Shown in pieces: positions 1 through 13,149 of a stretch of 64,000 bases of DNA (the first letter of the stretch is position 1; each line of letters opens with the position of its first letter). The notes under the pieces are model-generated. The model was not told where the DNA came from. It was given only the letters and a program-made list of their open reading frames with translations, and ran no database searches. A program made the position numbers and the translations under genes. Location of the stretch: positions 23,250,001-23,314,000 of the forward strand of contig CM120646.1 in NCBI GenBank assembly GCA_051362555.1, read 5' to 3'. Origin of the DNA: Lingula anatina. Its lineage: Eukaryota > Animalia > Brachiopoda.

Positions 1-924
1 ACACGCTGTTAGGCACGTGACCTTTAACGAGCACACCTTAATGATAATTTTGTTCGAATTCGGTGACATTTGATGGCGTCTTTTCAATCTAATAGTCATT
101 TCTTTACATCTGTAGAAGTCACAGTGAAACAGTGGATTTGAGAGGGTACCTCTAATAAATTTTACTAAATGGTATAAAATATGTATATTTTCACCACTAC
201 TTTGTATTATTTTTAACCATTAGTCATGTTAGACACGGTATCTGCTATAAAAAATCTCTATCTAACAATTTACAGCTGTGAGGTGATTATCTGTAAATAA
301 AAGTACATGGAAATGGGGGTGGGGCAACCTTTTTGACCAATGTTGCATACCCACCACGAAAGCATACGTGTATGTTTGATGACACCTTTTAAACAAGTCA
401 AATGATTATGAGAAAATCGTTCAAACTGTCCTACATTGTTCACGCAGTTTCTATTTGTGGCTGGTGTTTTCTGATAGAAGTGCAGGTAGTAGAGAAAAAA
501 CATTTTCAACCCAAAATCTCATAATCTGAGCTCCAGTCAATCAATTTGTATGTGGGAAAAATTATATGTAGGTTAATATACATGCAGCTACTATACAGCA
601 GATCATTATAAACGTTATTCCAACGTAGTACTTAAGTAGTTAAAACAGATTTTTTTAAAGTTTACGCTCATAGTTTTTGTCCATGGACTTAATATTTTAT
701 TTTCTGCCATTCATATTTTGTTGAATATATAGCGCACAATACTGTGGAAATAGTTGTCAGATCTAGAGTATATCACCATTCACAGTGATTTTTGGTGCGT
801 CTTTCCTTCCTTTATCTGGTACAGGGAGTAGGAGAGAATTCTAAATCTGCCGTTTTGATTTGTAAAGAAAAGTGACACCTCAAATCAATGCAATACAGCT
901 GACTGTAAAAACTATAATACTCAC

Positions 925-993
925 GATCTGCAGTTTTTTCAACTTGCTTCTTCTCTGGTACATGGACGTGGAGAACTGGCACCGCTTCTGACC
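925..993 (-). CDS. Probable 69-bp phase-1/phase-1 coding exon following the HEPN exon (GSEAVPVLHVHVPEKKQVEKTAD)
   Basis: Minus strand reads ...cattcAG|GGTCAGAAG...GCAGATC|GTGAGT. The phase matches the donor at 1297, and the exon lies in the open frame of the 812..1081 ORF. Confidence 0.55.
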
Positions 994-1296
994 CTGAATG
1001 CAATGGAATGTTTAAAATCCCAGAAACATTCGTAACAATTTTAAAACTGTTGTTATGCTTAAAGCGAAACAGACATTGCACATGTAGTGATTAATAACCG
1101 CCATGTAAGTCAAGTCTAGAAAGGCTTTATACCTATGAGAAAAGAAAGTCACACTTGGAAGAAGAATGACTTGGTTATAATGAGAAAAAAAAAAACTCCA
1201 ATTACACATGTGTTTTATTTGATAACGACATTTAATTGTAGATTAATTTACCTAGATTGAGGAAGACATGAAGGTATAAAAGAAGAAAGTACATAC

Positions 1297-2725
1297 CTTG
1301 TGTCTTCGGATCTTGTCTAAGGCATCGCTTCTCTGGCTCCGACTGATCATGAAACAACTGTGTGAGCTTTTCTGAGATTCCCTCAAATCCAGCTACCATT
1401 TTTTCTTTCACATCTCTCTGACCATCAAGTACGTTTTCGAGATCTTTGGAGATTCCCTCAAATCCAGCTTCTGTTTTTTCTTTCACATCTCTCTGACCAC
1501 CAAGTACGTTTTCGAGATCTTTGGAGATTCCCTCAAATCCAGCTTCTGTTTTTTCTTTCACATCTCTCTGACCATCAAGTACGTTTTCGAGATCTTTGGA
1601 GATTCCCTCAAATCCAGCTTCTGTTTTTTCTTTCACATCTCTCTGACCATCAAGTACGTTTTCGAGATCTTTGGAGATTCCCTCAAATCCAGCTTCTGTT
1701 TTTTCTTTCACATCTCTCTGACCATCAAGTACGTTTTCGAGATCTTTGGAGATTCCCTCAAATCCAGCTTCTGTTTTTTCTTTCACATCTCTCTGACCAT
1801 CAAGTACGTTTTCGAGATCTTTGGAGATTCCCTCAAATCCAGCTTCTGTTTTTTCTTTCACATCTCTCTGACCATCAAGTACGTTTTCGAGATCTTTGGA
1901 GATTCCCTCAAATCCAGCTTCTGTTTTTTCTTTCACATCTCTCTGACCATCAAGTACGTTTTCGAGATCTTTGGAGATTCCCTCAAATCCAGCTTCTGTT
2001 TTTTCTTTCACATCTCTCTGACCACCAAGTACGTTTTCGAGATCTTTGGAGATTCCCTCAAATCCAGCTTCTATTTTTTCTGACACATCTTTCTCATAAA
2101 TGTGCCATTCTTCCATAATGTCTTGATATTTCTTGATTAATTCCTCATCAAGAGGTTCAGTCAAGATATCATCATAATCTTCATTTTTGAATCTGCCAGA
2201 GAGACCCAAGAGAATGGATTTTAACTCTGAGAAAAAGGCTTTGAAATCTTGATTACTGATTGCCGCCTTGTTTGCATGGCCATACACTTTATTCCGATAT
2301 CTTTTAACTCGCCCAATTCTGGCTTCTGTTGATGTGTCTGCGTCAGAGGGGTTGTCCCATGCATTCAGCCGAGGGCGAGGATTCAAGGTTGTGATGTTTC
2401 TCAGCAAAAGCACAGTCAGTGTGATGTCTAAATCACCCACAGTTACTGATGCAGAGGGATTTCCAGCAGGATACAGCTGGTTTTGTTGATGTATATTAAG
2501 TACTCTTAACAGTACTAGTCTATCAAGTTTTGCCTTGACTGTTGCATCACTAAGCACCCCACATAACAACCCCGTGCTCGAGTCGAATAAATTGGGATAC
2601 TTTTTTCTTAGCTCTTCATGAAGAACGTCATGCAAGACCTTCAGGGCGAAATCTACAATCAAAATGTTCATGCGAAAAAAATTATCCCGGTCAGAGCCGG
2701 TGTATGTCCCCAATGCTGTTGCCAT
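1297..2725 (-). CDS. First coding exon of a DZIP3-like HEPN domain protein with a coiled-coil tandem repeat (typical N-terminus of invertebrate NLR/ankyrin/TRIM-type proteins); gene continues leftward
   Basis: Within the 513-aa ORF 1232..2773. ATG (MATALGTY) at 2725 follows an acceptor ttcgttccAG at ~2758; donor CAAG|GTATGT at 1297. Motifs NFFRMNILIVD, QQNQLYP, DLDITLTVLLLRNI and RVKRYRNKVYGH match the DZIP3/hRUL138-like HEPN pattern. Confidence 0.8.
1374..2081 (-). repeat. Coding minisatellite, 75-bp unit (EKTEAGFEGISKDLENVLDGQRDVK), about 9.5 copies
   Basis: cctcaaatccagct recurs at 1381, 1456, 1531 ... 2056 (period 75, 10 occurrences). Internal units are almost identical. Confidence 0.97.
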
Positions 2726-3213
2726 GTTACTTATAAATCCTTTCCTGTCTAAATTTTCTGGAACGAAATGCAAAATGGAGATTTGTCTTAGTCAATGAAT
2801 GTCTAATATTTAATTGTCATATTCAAATACACTGGTTTTAATTGAAATACATGTATGTCATCTGAAAGTGAGAATTTTAAAAGAATCGTACATGTAACCG
2901 GCAAAGCTTTTTTCATCCATACAAAGATGGATGTCACAATGGTAAGTTAATCATATGTTCGCAGATTAATACGTTTGATTATAAGGTTGTTAATCTGGAG
3001 AAAGTACAATGTAAGACCCGTCCAAATTTCCTATGGTACTTTTGCATCTGATATTAATGACATACCAATCTAGTGCCTTATTCTACATATGGGTTGAAGC
3101 TAGAAATACGTTGGTTGAAGAAATAGTTATGATAACAGCTGGTAATATGCCTAATACTGTACCTCTAAAACAGGTTCACGCGTATCATCATGAAAGCAAA
3201 GTCGTCTCCACAA

Positions 3214-3244
<31 letters not shown>

Positions 3245-3299
3245 AAAAAAAAAGAAAAGCCGCCTGGTTTCCAAGAGCAGTTAATTCTTGCACAATGGT

Positions 3300-3830
3300 C
3301 TTGAAAACACTAATAACTGATCCTCAGTTTTAGTCTTAAGAATTACTTTAACTTGGCCTCGAATTCCGCCATCTGTGAAGATGAACAAAATGGCGCACCT
3401 CGACCGTTGCCTGGTGATGCTGTTGACATTGTTGAGTTAATATAAGTTATATTTTCAGCATCGTGTATTCTTCTGCTATTTGCAAAACTGATTCATATGC
3501 TTAATAAGTACACACTTCTTCTGTAGTAGCATCACGGCCCTGTGTTTTTCCTGAATTACTCTGAATATCATATTTATGATCAAACTTTGCAAATTGAAGC
3601 TATATTCTCCCAACAGTGACAGGGTATTGTTAGATGACCCAAAGTGAACTTAGTCAAATGAGTCACTTGAATTAAAAGCATCAATATTTATCCACACGTT
3701 TTGAAAAGAGACCCTTAACGTCGCAGCTGATTCATAACACCGCTCAACGTTGTTTGCACCTGATCCAGGTGAGAATGTCGCTGATGTCGTTTATGTGCAC
3801 GTGAGTGAGCAAGATCAGGGATCAACACGA
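3300..3830. repeat. Upstream block of the HEPN gene, with diverged copies at ~14410-14950 and ~15230-15570
   Basis: Shared strings such as aaaatggc..gttgcctgg.gatgctgtt and gaccc..agtgaacttagtcaa.tgagtcac.tgaa (3635-3670 vs 15455-15490). Confidence 0.75.
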
Positions 3831-5289
3831 CTGAATGCCACTTTTTAAAAATACACTAATATTATATTTTACTTAAGATTGTGTTAGATGCCATTAAATA
3901 TTACAGGGTCAAATGTCGCAATGCCAACCCAGCTGTTTTCATTATATGGGTTCAGTAAACTTAAAAAGAGTGAAATTCAGGGGGGTGGGGGTGGGGGGTC
4001 TGGGGGGTCCTGACCCCCCTTCTCAAAATATATCACACTAATATTCCCCTCTTGAAATTAGGATTTTGGCTAGCTAAATCATAATACTAAAGTGTACCAA
4101 AGGGCACTGTTTGCTCCCCGAAACATATCTCCAGGTTTACATGTAAGTGTGTTTTGAAATTTAAAGCGAATATATCAGGTGTGTGAATCAGATTATGTGC
4201 CACCAACTTATATACTGAGGTATTTCTATTTCGTGAATAAAATCTGCACCAAACACAACTAATGAGATCCTAAAATAGTATTCCTAAAATAGTGGGAATA
4301 GTCAAAACGAATAATTTGGTTCATAGCCCCTGTTGCAGCTAGAATTTTTTTCCAGTTTAAGATAAGTTGTTTAATGTTTAGAATTCGCATTCAGTCTCAC
4401 CTACCACCTGTGCAATCACGTTATATTTAGATGAGAAAGTGATCTTTAGAAGAAGGAGATTCACAAGTATGAACGGCACACGCTTTATTTTCTAATTCTT
4501 AGTTATTCAGTGTGTTTATCCCAGTAAGCAATATCATTATATACAATTCTGTTTTTTTATTTATCAATATTTTAATAATTGCAGTGCCAGCAGTTAAAGT
4601 TATCAGTGTAAAGTATTAACAAGCCCACCAGTATGTAAGAGGCCACAAGTTTATGTAAACTGTTTCAAGTTCATTAGGCTAGGCAAGTTCTAGCGAGTAG
4701 CTAGGCTATGTCTAGTATTATTTATTTTCTGCAGTCATCATTGTTTTTTAAGCTTTGTAATGACTTATTAATGTGTTGATAGATTAGCATGTAGTCATTA
4801 TTTTAGTAAGTATGTCATGTAAAGAAAGGTAAAGCATAGATGTGCAAGACCTGTTTAAGTGTGCCTTATTTCTCAAGTAACAAGATCTTAACAAGTCCAT
4901 TTCAAATTTTATTTTGTATATTTATTTTACATTATTTCCCATTGTTACTGTTTCAGAACGTGTTTAACTATTGGTGGTTCAATAAAAGTTCAAGAAACAA
5001 AGCAACGTGTTTGTCAAGATATGCCTACATGTATTAGCCATCATGGGGCTTACACAGTTGGGCACTTTCTTAAATGTAAATTTTTCAGGCTTACACATTA
5101 CGTTAACATCATTAATCGACAAAATCCACTGTTTACCACTAATCCGCTCTATTTCTTTTTTTATTAATGGGACCTTCAATAAATACGGCTGTCGTCAGCC
5201 AAATTTCGAACATCATGCTTGAGTTTTTTCAATTGTTTTAAGTACGTCCTTCCTTCCTTCCTCCAAATAATGACGTCTATACACAACGC

Positions 5290-5790
5290 CTTCATAACAT
5301 TTTTCCGATCAAATATAGGCGATTATTGTAACGTATTTATTACCCTTTTTTTCCGATCAAGTAAACGAGATTTTAGGTACAACGTCATTATGACTATTTT
5401 CCTATCAAATGCAGAAGATTGCAATTTCGTCTCTATTACCCTTTACCGATCAAGTGAATGCACTATTAGGGACCATTCCCACAGATATTAGGACCGATCT
5501 ATCTCCCTGGTGAGTCTCACTCCACGCCTACTAAAGCTGTCACGCCTTGTATAGTTGTAAGGGGGTAATTATCTATACCCTAGCTGATTCGGTAGGCGTG
5601 ACAGACAATTAAGCCGATTAAGTTGATAGAAATTTAGTGAGACTCCCTAGGGAGTTATAGTCCAGATGGATTGATCTAGGCATGGAACCCAGTCATAGAT
5701 ACAGCGCCGTTATTACCCTCTCCGATCAAGTAAATACGATATTAGGTACGTCCTTATTTCCCCTTTCAGATCAACTAAATGTGATTTTAG
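5290..5790. repeat. Degenerate ~45-bp minisatellite interrupted by a small inverted-repeat element (~5500-5660)
   Basis: Recurrent attaccc...ccgatcaagtaaa..gat.ttaggtac. The inner element has ctccctggtgagtctcact / agtgagactccctagggag arms; a related fragment lies at ~26525-26590. Confidence 0.55.
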
Positions 5791-6149
5791 GCACAACGCA
5801 GCGCGTGCCCTGTCGGTGGAATGTGCCGGTGCGGCTGGGAATGGCAGCCCCAGCGGCGGGATGTCGTGTCGATCTTCACACCAATCATCTCGTTCTTTTC
5901 AGTCTACTCATACTAATGTATCAGCACTAGTTAAAGAACAAGGGTAAATAGTAGGGCTGCCTACGGAAAAAAATCACTTCAACAAAAACGCCGGTTAATG
6001 AAGGAAAACGAGCAACTAAGACAGGACGTCGAAAAAACGTGTTTATGAAGATGACGTCACGACGCATGCAGCAGTCCTACCCATAACTTCCCATGTTGCA
6101 TCACATACCAAACCAGATAAAGTCAGCCTTGTGGATCGCAACGCCCGAG

Positions 6150-7400
6150 CAGTGCACAGTTAAACATAGAAGCTCAGGAATTTAGACAGCTCCAAATCCA
6201 ATACAACTGAGCAGCAGATATGTAGAAAACCACTTGGTTTGTACGAACACACTTCCAGAGCCAGATATCCTGAAGTTTTCAGGTGACCTGATTAGCAATC
6301 GGACTATTATGACTGCATGTTACACTCACCGCATGGACCAAAGGAATGACGTACGCCCGGTCCACTCGATCAGAAACCAGCGTTATATACCACAACGTGG
6401 ATATATTTGATATAGGAGAGGCAAAGGTTGTCCGACGACACCCCAACGATCAAATCACAGTGGTGGCAACAAGGCAAGTCTGGATAAAAGTCAATGCGGC
6501 AGAGCGGTCAGTGCTGTCAACGTGAGTTATCTGTTGTCGCACTAGAGGCGTAACGCAGGAGAAAAAAATGTCCGATCTGCCAGTTTGCAGAGTTGACGAT
6601 ACAATGCTGCCATTGGCAGATTTGGAGTCGACTATTTTGGACCATTCATTATCAAAGAGGATCGGAAAGAAGTTAAGCGCTACGGTGTCCATTTTACGTG
6701 CAGCAATTAACCTTGAAACAGATACCTTTATCAATGTCTAACGACGTTTTGTTATGCGTCGGGGGAAGGTTGCAGAACTGTAGAGCGATAATGGAACCAA
6801 CTTCAATGATTCTCACAAAGAAGTACAGCAGGCACTTTGACGGTGTCTTTCACAACGATATGCGTAAAGCTGGAGTTGACTGGTATTTCAATCCACCTAC
6901 AGCAAGCAATATGGGCGGAACAAGGGAACGTATAATAGGTCAGTTAGAACAGTAGTGTTTGATATGTTGCATGAGTTTTGAACTTGTAAGGACACTGATT
7001 GCTGGCAGACACTGTTATCTAAGGTGGGTGCGATAATGAATTTTCGGTCAAAAAACCCAACATCTCCTCAGATTCAGATGACGCAGAACCTTTAACGTCA
7101 AACCACAATTTGACCGCTAGATCGCATGTTAACGTACCTCCAACAGGTTCATCTTAGCTAAATGACTGATATCTGCACAACAGATGGCGACGAGTCCAAA
7201 TCGACCCAACGTATTTTGGTCCAGATGACGTAAAGAATACATCATGACCCTTCAAAGGCGTCACAAATGGAAGAAACACCAAAGAACCTCAACATCGGAG
7301 ATGTAGTTCTCATAAAAGACGATAACGTTGCTCGCAATGTATGGCCGATGGGTCATGTTGAAGACGTAGAGGTTGACAACAAGGGAATCGTGCGTACGAT
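6150..7400 (+). mobile_element. Degraded BEL/Pao LTR retrotransposon internal fragments (gag, integrase, DUF5641-like C-terminus)
   Basis: Frameshifted remnants EPDILKFSGD, DYFGPFIIK..KRYG, WYFNPPTASNMGGTRERII, WRRVQ..FWSR*RKEY, LNIGDVVLIKDDNVARNVWPMG..DNKGIVR. Confidence 0.85.
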
Positions 7401-8690
7401 TTTTACACAGCACATTTCACCAGGACACAAACCGCAATGAGGCAACTGCCTGAGTTGGCACAAGAAATGAATCGTTTCATATCCAACATTACCTTCCAAA
7501 AGACATTTACAGACCGTAGAAACCTTTGGTGTCAACTGGATTACATCCTGGTTAAAAGAAAATGGAGAAACAACCTGAAGAATGTGGAAGCATACAGCTC
7601 TTTTGAGAGTGTATGGTCTGACCACATGTTTAGTCTCAGGTCTTACATAAAGCAACCAGAGTCGCGAGTTTGCTATGATTAGGAGCAGTTCAAACAGTCC
7701 AGAGCTACAGCAAGAATACTCTGTAACGATCAGAAACTGCTATGAGGCTTTCACCATTGACCAAGAAGATGCCAAAAAGAGGTAAGGGGCATTTGTACAG
7801 GCAAAAGGCCATGGCAAAGCAAAGGGCCGTGGAGGAGGTTCTTCCAAAGGTGGAAAGAACAGAAGAAGTCATGGTCCATGAGTGCTGGAAACCCGGCAGA
7901 ACTTCAGAAGTGAATTCAAACAAACGAGGGAAGGCGACGACATCACAGAGATAAGCAGAGCTCGAAAGAAGCTGAAATAAGTCTACACACCATATTAAAG
8001 AAAGAGGTGGATGAGCAAATCAAACATAAAGAGCAAGCACAGGCAAATGACAAGTCACAAGAAGCCTGAAATGTGATTGATGAGCTCACTCGAAGAACCC
8101 CAAGAAAAGACCAACTTGAGGGAAGTACACAGGAGGAAAGGGTTGAGAACTGGTATAGCCATTTTTAATGAGTTGCTTGGGAAACCACCAGAAGTCGTGG
8201 ATGAAGAAGAAAAGATACATAGTGTTTAACAAACTTCAGTTGAGAAGATGCCATTTACAGTGGAGGAGCTAAGAAGAACCTTGAAGTCTATGGGATAATG
8301 GGTAGAAGGCTAAAGACCATATCCCAGTGAAGGTCATCAATAGACGCATGATTGATGACATCATACTGCCCTTCTGCAACAAAACACTTTTAAGCAAAAG
8401 GAAGCCATCCGAATGGGCAACACTGAACATTGTACCAATACCCAAAGCAGGAGATATGAGTCCCGCTGGCAAATACAGGGGCATTCTTTCCTCCAGGGTA
8501 AGTAAGCTCTATAAAAAATGTTCTTATTACGAATAAGGACGGCGTTAGACCCTCTACCTAGAAAGAACCAGAATGGTTTCAGGCCAAGGCAAAGCACAAT
8601 ATCCAAGATCCTTGCACTCTGAAGGCAAGTAGAAGATGCCAAGGTGTTACCTGCTGGCAGTCATTATGATGATAGATTTTTCTAAGGCCG
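7400..8690 (+). mobile_element. Degraded non-LTR retrotransposon (LINE): end of APE endonuclease and start of reverse transcriptase
   Basis: QLDYILVKRKWRNNLKNVEAYSSFESVWSDH (APE end), W..LNIVPIPKAGD...YRGI, NQNGFRP..ST and IDFSKA, with many stops and frameshifts. Confidence 0.85.
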
Positions 8691-9220
8691 GCGACTTGCT
8701 GCAATGGGAAAAATGAAGGACCTCAAAGCCAGAAAGAATTGTCGAGGCAATCGACGACGCCTACACGGGTAAAATAGCAAAGATTTTCTCACTTGAAAGA
8801 TGTATATATTGAAACTGATGGTGTAGAACGAGGGCAAGTGCAGAACAAGAAGTGGGATTATGAACAATCTAAATGGCTGCCCCACTCCAACCTTGGGGGG
8901 ATTTTTAAATGTACTGGAAGAATAGACAAATAAGAACTTGCACAAACACTTGCTGCATCAAAGATCTTTGCCAAAGCTATGCAGAATGGATGCTGCTATG
9001 AGGGAGCAGCAGTTAGTGGGAACAAAACTTATATGAGCTTCAAACAAATATTTGTGGTGTTTTTGCCTCTCCTTCACACTCATTTGTAGTTTAACTTGGT
9101 TTAGCGAAGGTGAGAAGGTGTTATCAAGGAGAAAACAACAAGAGATTTGTGTGTTTTCGTTAAAAAATGCATCCTAACCTGGAAGGAAAGAAATTGCCTA
9201 TCCTATTCTTAAGTCCCAGG

Positions 9221-9263
<43 letters not shown>

Positions 9264-10199
9264 AGTTCCTGATGAAAAGGATCGGTCAGAACATTATAGA
9301 TTTACCAACAAAAACCCAGTTATTGTTAGGGCATTGTTTGATAAACGCATCCATCATTTAATAAATGATGCTATCCCCTTCACATCCAGTTGCTCAATGC
9401 TGGGTTGACCAATACAGCATGGTCAGCACAACTGAACGTGTATCATCCCACCATAAGCCACTACAGGATTCCTTCAGAGGGACTGGTGGCACAGTAAATA
9501 GTCCTCATGTCCGTAGACCCTGACTGAGCACAGGCCGACTAGCTTAGACATTTTTTAGTACAACTTATAAATAAATAATGCACATGGGTATATATAACTA
9601 ATGCCTCGTCGTATATGAATTTTCTTAGCAGCTCAATTGCACTCACTGTGAGTGACCACATTCCTCCAATCATACCTGCCTATATAGACACTACATAAGT
9701 AGCTGCCAACTCAGGGTCTATAGACGTATTGGCATCTTTCGCAAAATACTCCCTTATCATTTGTATTACTTTTGGAATGCGTGTAGTACCACCAAGTAAG
9801 ACTGTTTCATCTGTTTCATTAGGTTCCATTTATACAGTTTGTTATACAGCTGGACCTAACACTCTGAAATAAATATTCATTCAATCATTCAGTTGTAGCT
9901 GTTATAATTTTGTCTTTGTAAAATGTCATGTGGCCTGCTTTCCTAAAGGAATGTAAGGGGATGCGAATAAATACCGCATCCTGGTTGGTCAAGTTTAAGT
10001 TGATGTCTTCTGTCTATTATCCTAGTAACTGGAGATCTTCTAGATCTTTGAGTTCACGTCCAAATGTCTGTTTTATCTGAGGTAACAAATGGTTGGAAAA
10101 CCTCTGATTAACGTCAAGTTCTCCCAGGTGTTTCTTCCCTGAAAAAGATTAAATCCATTTAATGCTGAGCAGGTTTTACAATCATTAAGAAGGACACAG

Positions 10200-10735
10200 A
10201 GAGGATGAAAGCAAGTTGTGGTCATCGAAAGTGCTGGGCAACTACAATCCCAAAGTACTCGTGTGTATACTGCACTACTTGAATGGCAAACATGTCGGAT
10301 AACGAGGTGGAAAGGAACATCGGCGACTGCGATATAAATCACAACAAATTACGCACCAAGGACCAAGGACAAATTACGCACCAAGGTGAAATTGCTTACT
10401 TAAAATATTCAGAAGACGGCTCTTAAACTTGTCAAGGTGGCCTCAAACATTGTAAATTAGTTCCAAAGCAAGTGACCCAGTTTTCTAACGCAGACTGCCC
10501 GGAGCGATTTACAAGAAATATATGGAATTATCCCCCAAAGATAACAGAGACAATGATTTTTATCTCCAGCCTTTGCAGAAATGGCGGGGAGACGCATGGT
10601 TTAGTCGACAGTCGATTGGTGTGAATACCCTGTCAAACTTCACCCGAGAAACGTGTGAAGAGGTTGGCCTGAAAGGATTCTACACCAACCACTCTCTGCT
10701 AGCAACCACAGCGACGCGTCTCTTTAGGAGTGTTT
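10200..10735 (+). mobile_element. Crypton-like tyrosine recombinase (DUF3504-type) fragment
   Basis: FYLQPLQKWRGDAWFSRQSIGVNTLSNF...GFYTNHSLLATTATRLF in ORF 10522..11031 resembles the TNHSLRAT.ATRL motif. It is truncated afterwards and the motif Arg reads Leu. Confidence 0.75.
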
Positions 10736-12977
10736 ACCACCAGACTACCCTAGGTTCTAGAATCCGGTATTGCCAGCTCGATCTTGATTTCATATATAAC
10801 CCATATCAGCAATACCAGGCTCTAGCGAACAGCGGCAACTCGGGGGCGTTCTTCTTCTCGCTGTATTTCATAGCTGGAGGTGTAAAGGTGCGGCTGGAAA
10901 TCTTTTTTCTCTTCTCATTTGACTGCCTCTATTTTTACATTAGGGTTAAAATGTACCTATGTTTAACATGCTATTTCATGGTCAAATTTACGATTCATAG
11001 TTTTATCATTCTTATTATTACGGATCACTGACAACATTCACTCTTTATGTTATACTACTCGACAGCACAATTACTTTGATACATTTGTAACAAAAATAGC
11101 ATCATTGAAACGAGATCAATCATATAAGGGGGTATGCAAAATAAAACCACTATTTATAAAATAACTAATTCTATGGCTACGAAAAAAACACCTTTTAGTA
11201 TTATGAACCGAGCAGGTTTTCACCCGAACCCAATATAGAGGTGCATTCCACATGCTGGAGTGTCAAAAATAAAATTGAATGGATTCAATGTTGTATTCAA
11301 TTTTATAACATATGTGTATAGAACAAAAATGCACGACTGTCTCAATTTCAATGCAATTTTAATTTTCACCATGTCTTTTACATAACGCAAAGAGCACTAA
11401 ATCGTAACGTATGTTCCAAAAACGTACGGGAACGTATGTTCCTAGTCATTTAATTTTAATTTTTATACCGCTTTCCGAAATATTACGTAGTGGTTCAGTC
11501 ATGGTTAGACTTGACGTAATGGTGTTTTTATAAATATTTAAACTGTAAATCAACGGGCTTTGCGTCATGGCTAATACTAGGTAACGTATATTCCCTAGAA
11601 AAATTGTCAAAAAGTTCAGTACTTGGTGCAAGAGAAAACGGTGTTTTCTTTTGTTGACAGAAAAATATATTGTGATAGTGATAGTTTGACATTTCTGATG
11701 TCATATTTGGAGCACGAGGGGAAAATAATTTATTTAATGTTTATTTTACTGTCAGTAGAGTGTATTTTCCCTGTTTTGTCACATTCAGTGACATGCAAGA
11801 GAAGATGATTTTTTTATTCATGGTTTCAGGAGAGTGAAACATTTATACAGACTTCTTCATGTGGGACCCTAAAATAATCAAGCATAGTTTGCAATCTGAG
11901 ACCTAAATATTTTAAGAGCATGCCTGTGACATCAATTGCACCTCTATATTGGGTTTGGATATCTACGTAAGAAGGACACAGAGATACTTGAAATATTTAC
12001 ACACGGGTGTTTCAAATACCTTCAAATATAAAGGAAGATCAAGATGTTCGTTTAAGGAAATGACTACAGATGTAGCTCCACGTAATGTAACAATAATGGG
12101 CAGTGAGAGCTAACTACACTGTACATAGTCAAGGTGTAATAAATCTTGCATTAACCGGTCGTTTTGACTTCCTGGCCGCGAAGACTCTGGGGTTCGTATC
12201 AAAATATATGTATGTGCACTGTTACCTGTGGAATAACAACTTGATTGCGCGTGAGGCTCAATTTGCATTTTATAGATAGAGTTGTAAAGATGCAACACAA
12301 GTTTTTTTTCTTTTCAGTGTTGTGTTTAACGCAAGGGATAAAATGTATTATGCAATACTATGTGATACTACTTAAGTGAAGTGTAACTACCTTTTACACT
12401 TTTATAACTACAAGGTAAGATTGGGGATCAGAAACACCATCAATAATGTAAAGGGGGCATATAAAATAAAATCACTATTTAAGACAGACCTGATGTTACG
12501 CCTGCAGAGTAAACAAGTCATAGTTTTTTTTTAATTAACGAGTTTTAACATTTAAGGACACAAGGGTATTTTGAACTATCTTTACAAAAGGCACAGCACG
12601 CAGCTTTTAACATAAAGAAAGACCAAGCATAAGCACCCTGAAAAATAAATAAAAGACTCTCTCCACGTTCCACAACAGCAGTGTGTAGGGAGACGGGCTG
12701 ATAACACTATTACGGTACATAATCCAAGAAATTTATGTTTGAATATATATTTTTGTTAGAAGCATTTTGTATATAGTATTATGAAAAGTGATTTCACGTT
12801 TCGATAAAATCGTTTGCCGAACATTTGCAAATAGTAGCATACCAAGAATGGTTGACTTAGTAAACTTGGGATTTATAGCATACATATAGTAGCCTTAATG
12901 GATACATCTACATCTATTATTTTTTATTTTATTCCAGTGTTGACGTTGCATGCTAGGGCAACTTGATGTCAACATGG

Positions 12978-12978
<1 letters not shown>

Positions 12979-13040
<62 letters not shown>
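12979..13040. repeat. (AT)n microsatellite; others at ~24247-24309 and ~33643-33676, plus an (AAT/AAAT)n tract at ~22600-22690
   Basis: Read directly from the sequence. Confidence 0.95.
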
Positions 13041-13044
<4 letters not shown>

Positions 13045-13149
13045 ATTATTATTTTTTTTTTTTTACCTACGTATGTTAATAATATCATCGTATTTTCATG
13101 TTTATCACTTTACTGAGACTGAGGAAAACATAACAGAAAACTTACATAC

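Noticed and set aside
1374-2081. Regular repeat array resembling CRISPR
   Set aside because: No unique spacers; the unit is a multiple of 3 inside an ORF in eukaryotic DNA.
10522-11031. 169-aa ORF as a domesticated KCTD1/ZMYM/QRICH1-like host gene
   Set aside because: Only ~70 aa resemble the domain, the rest is unrelated low-complexity read-through, and the upstream part is broken.
11040-12500. Weak local duplication (~11045-11200 vs ~12355-12500) and a possible exon at ~12100-12225
   Set aside because: Too diverged to assign; no convincing donor site or protein motif.
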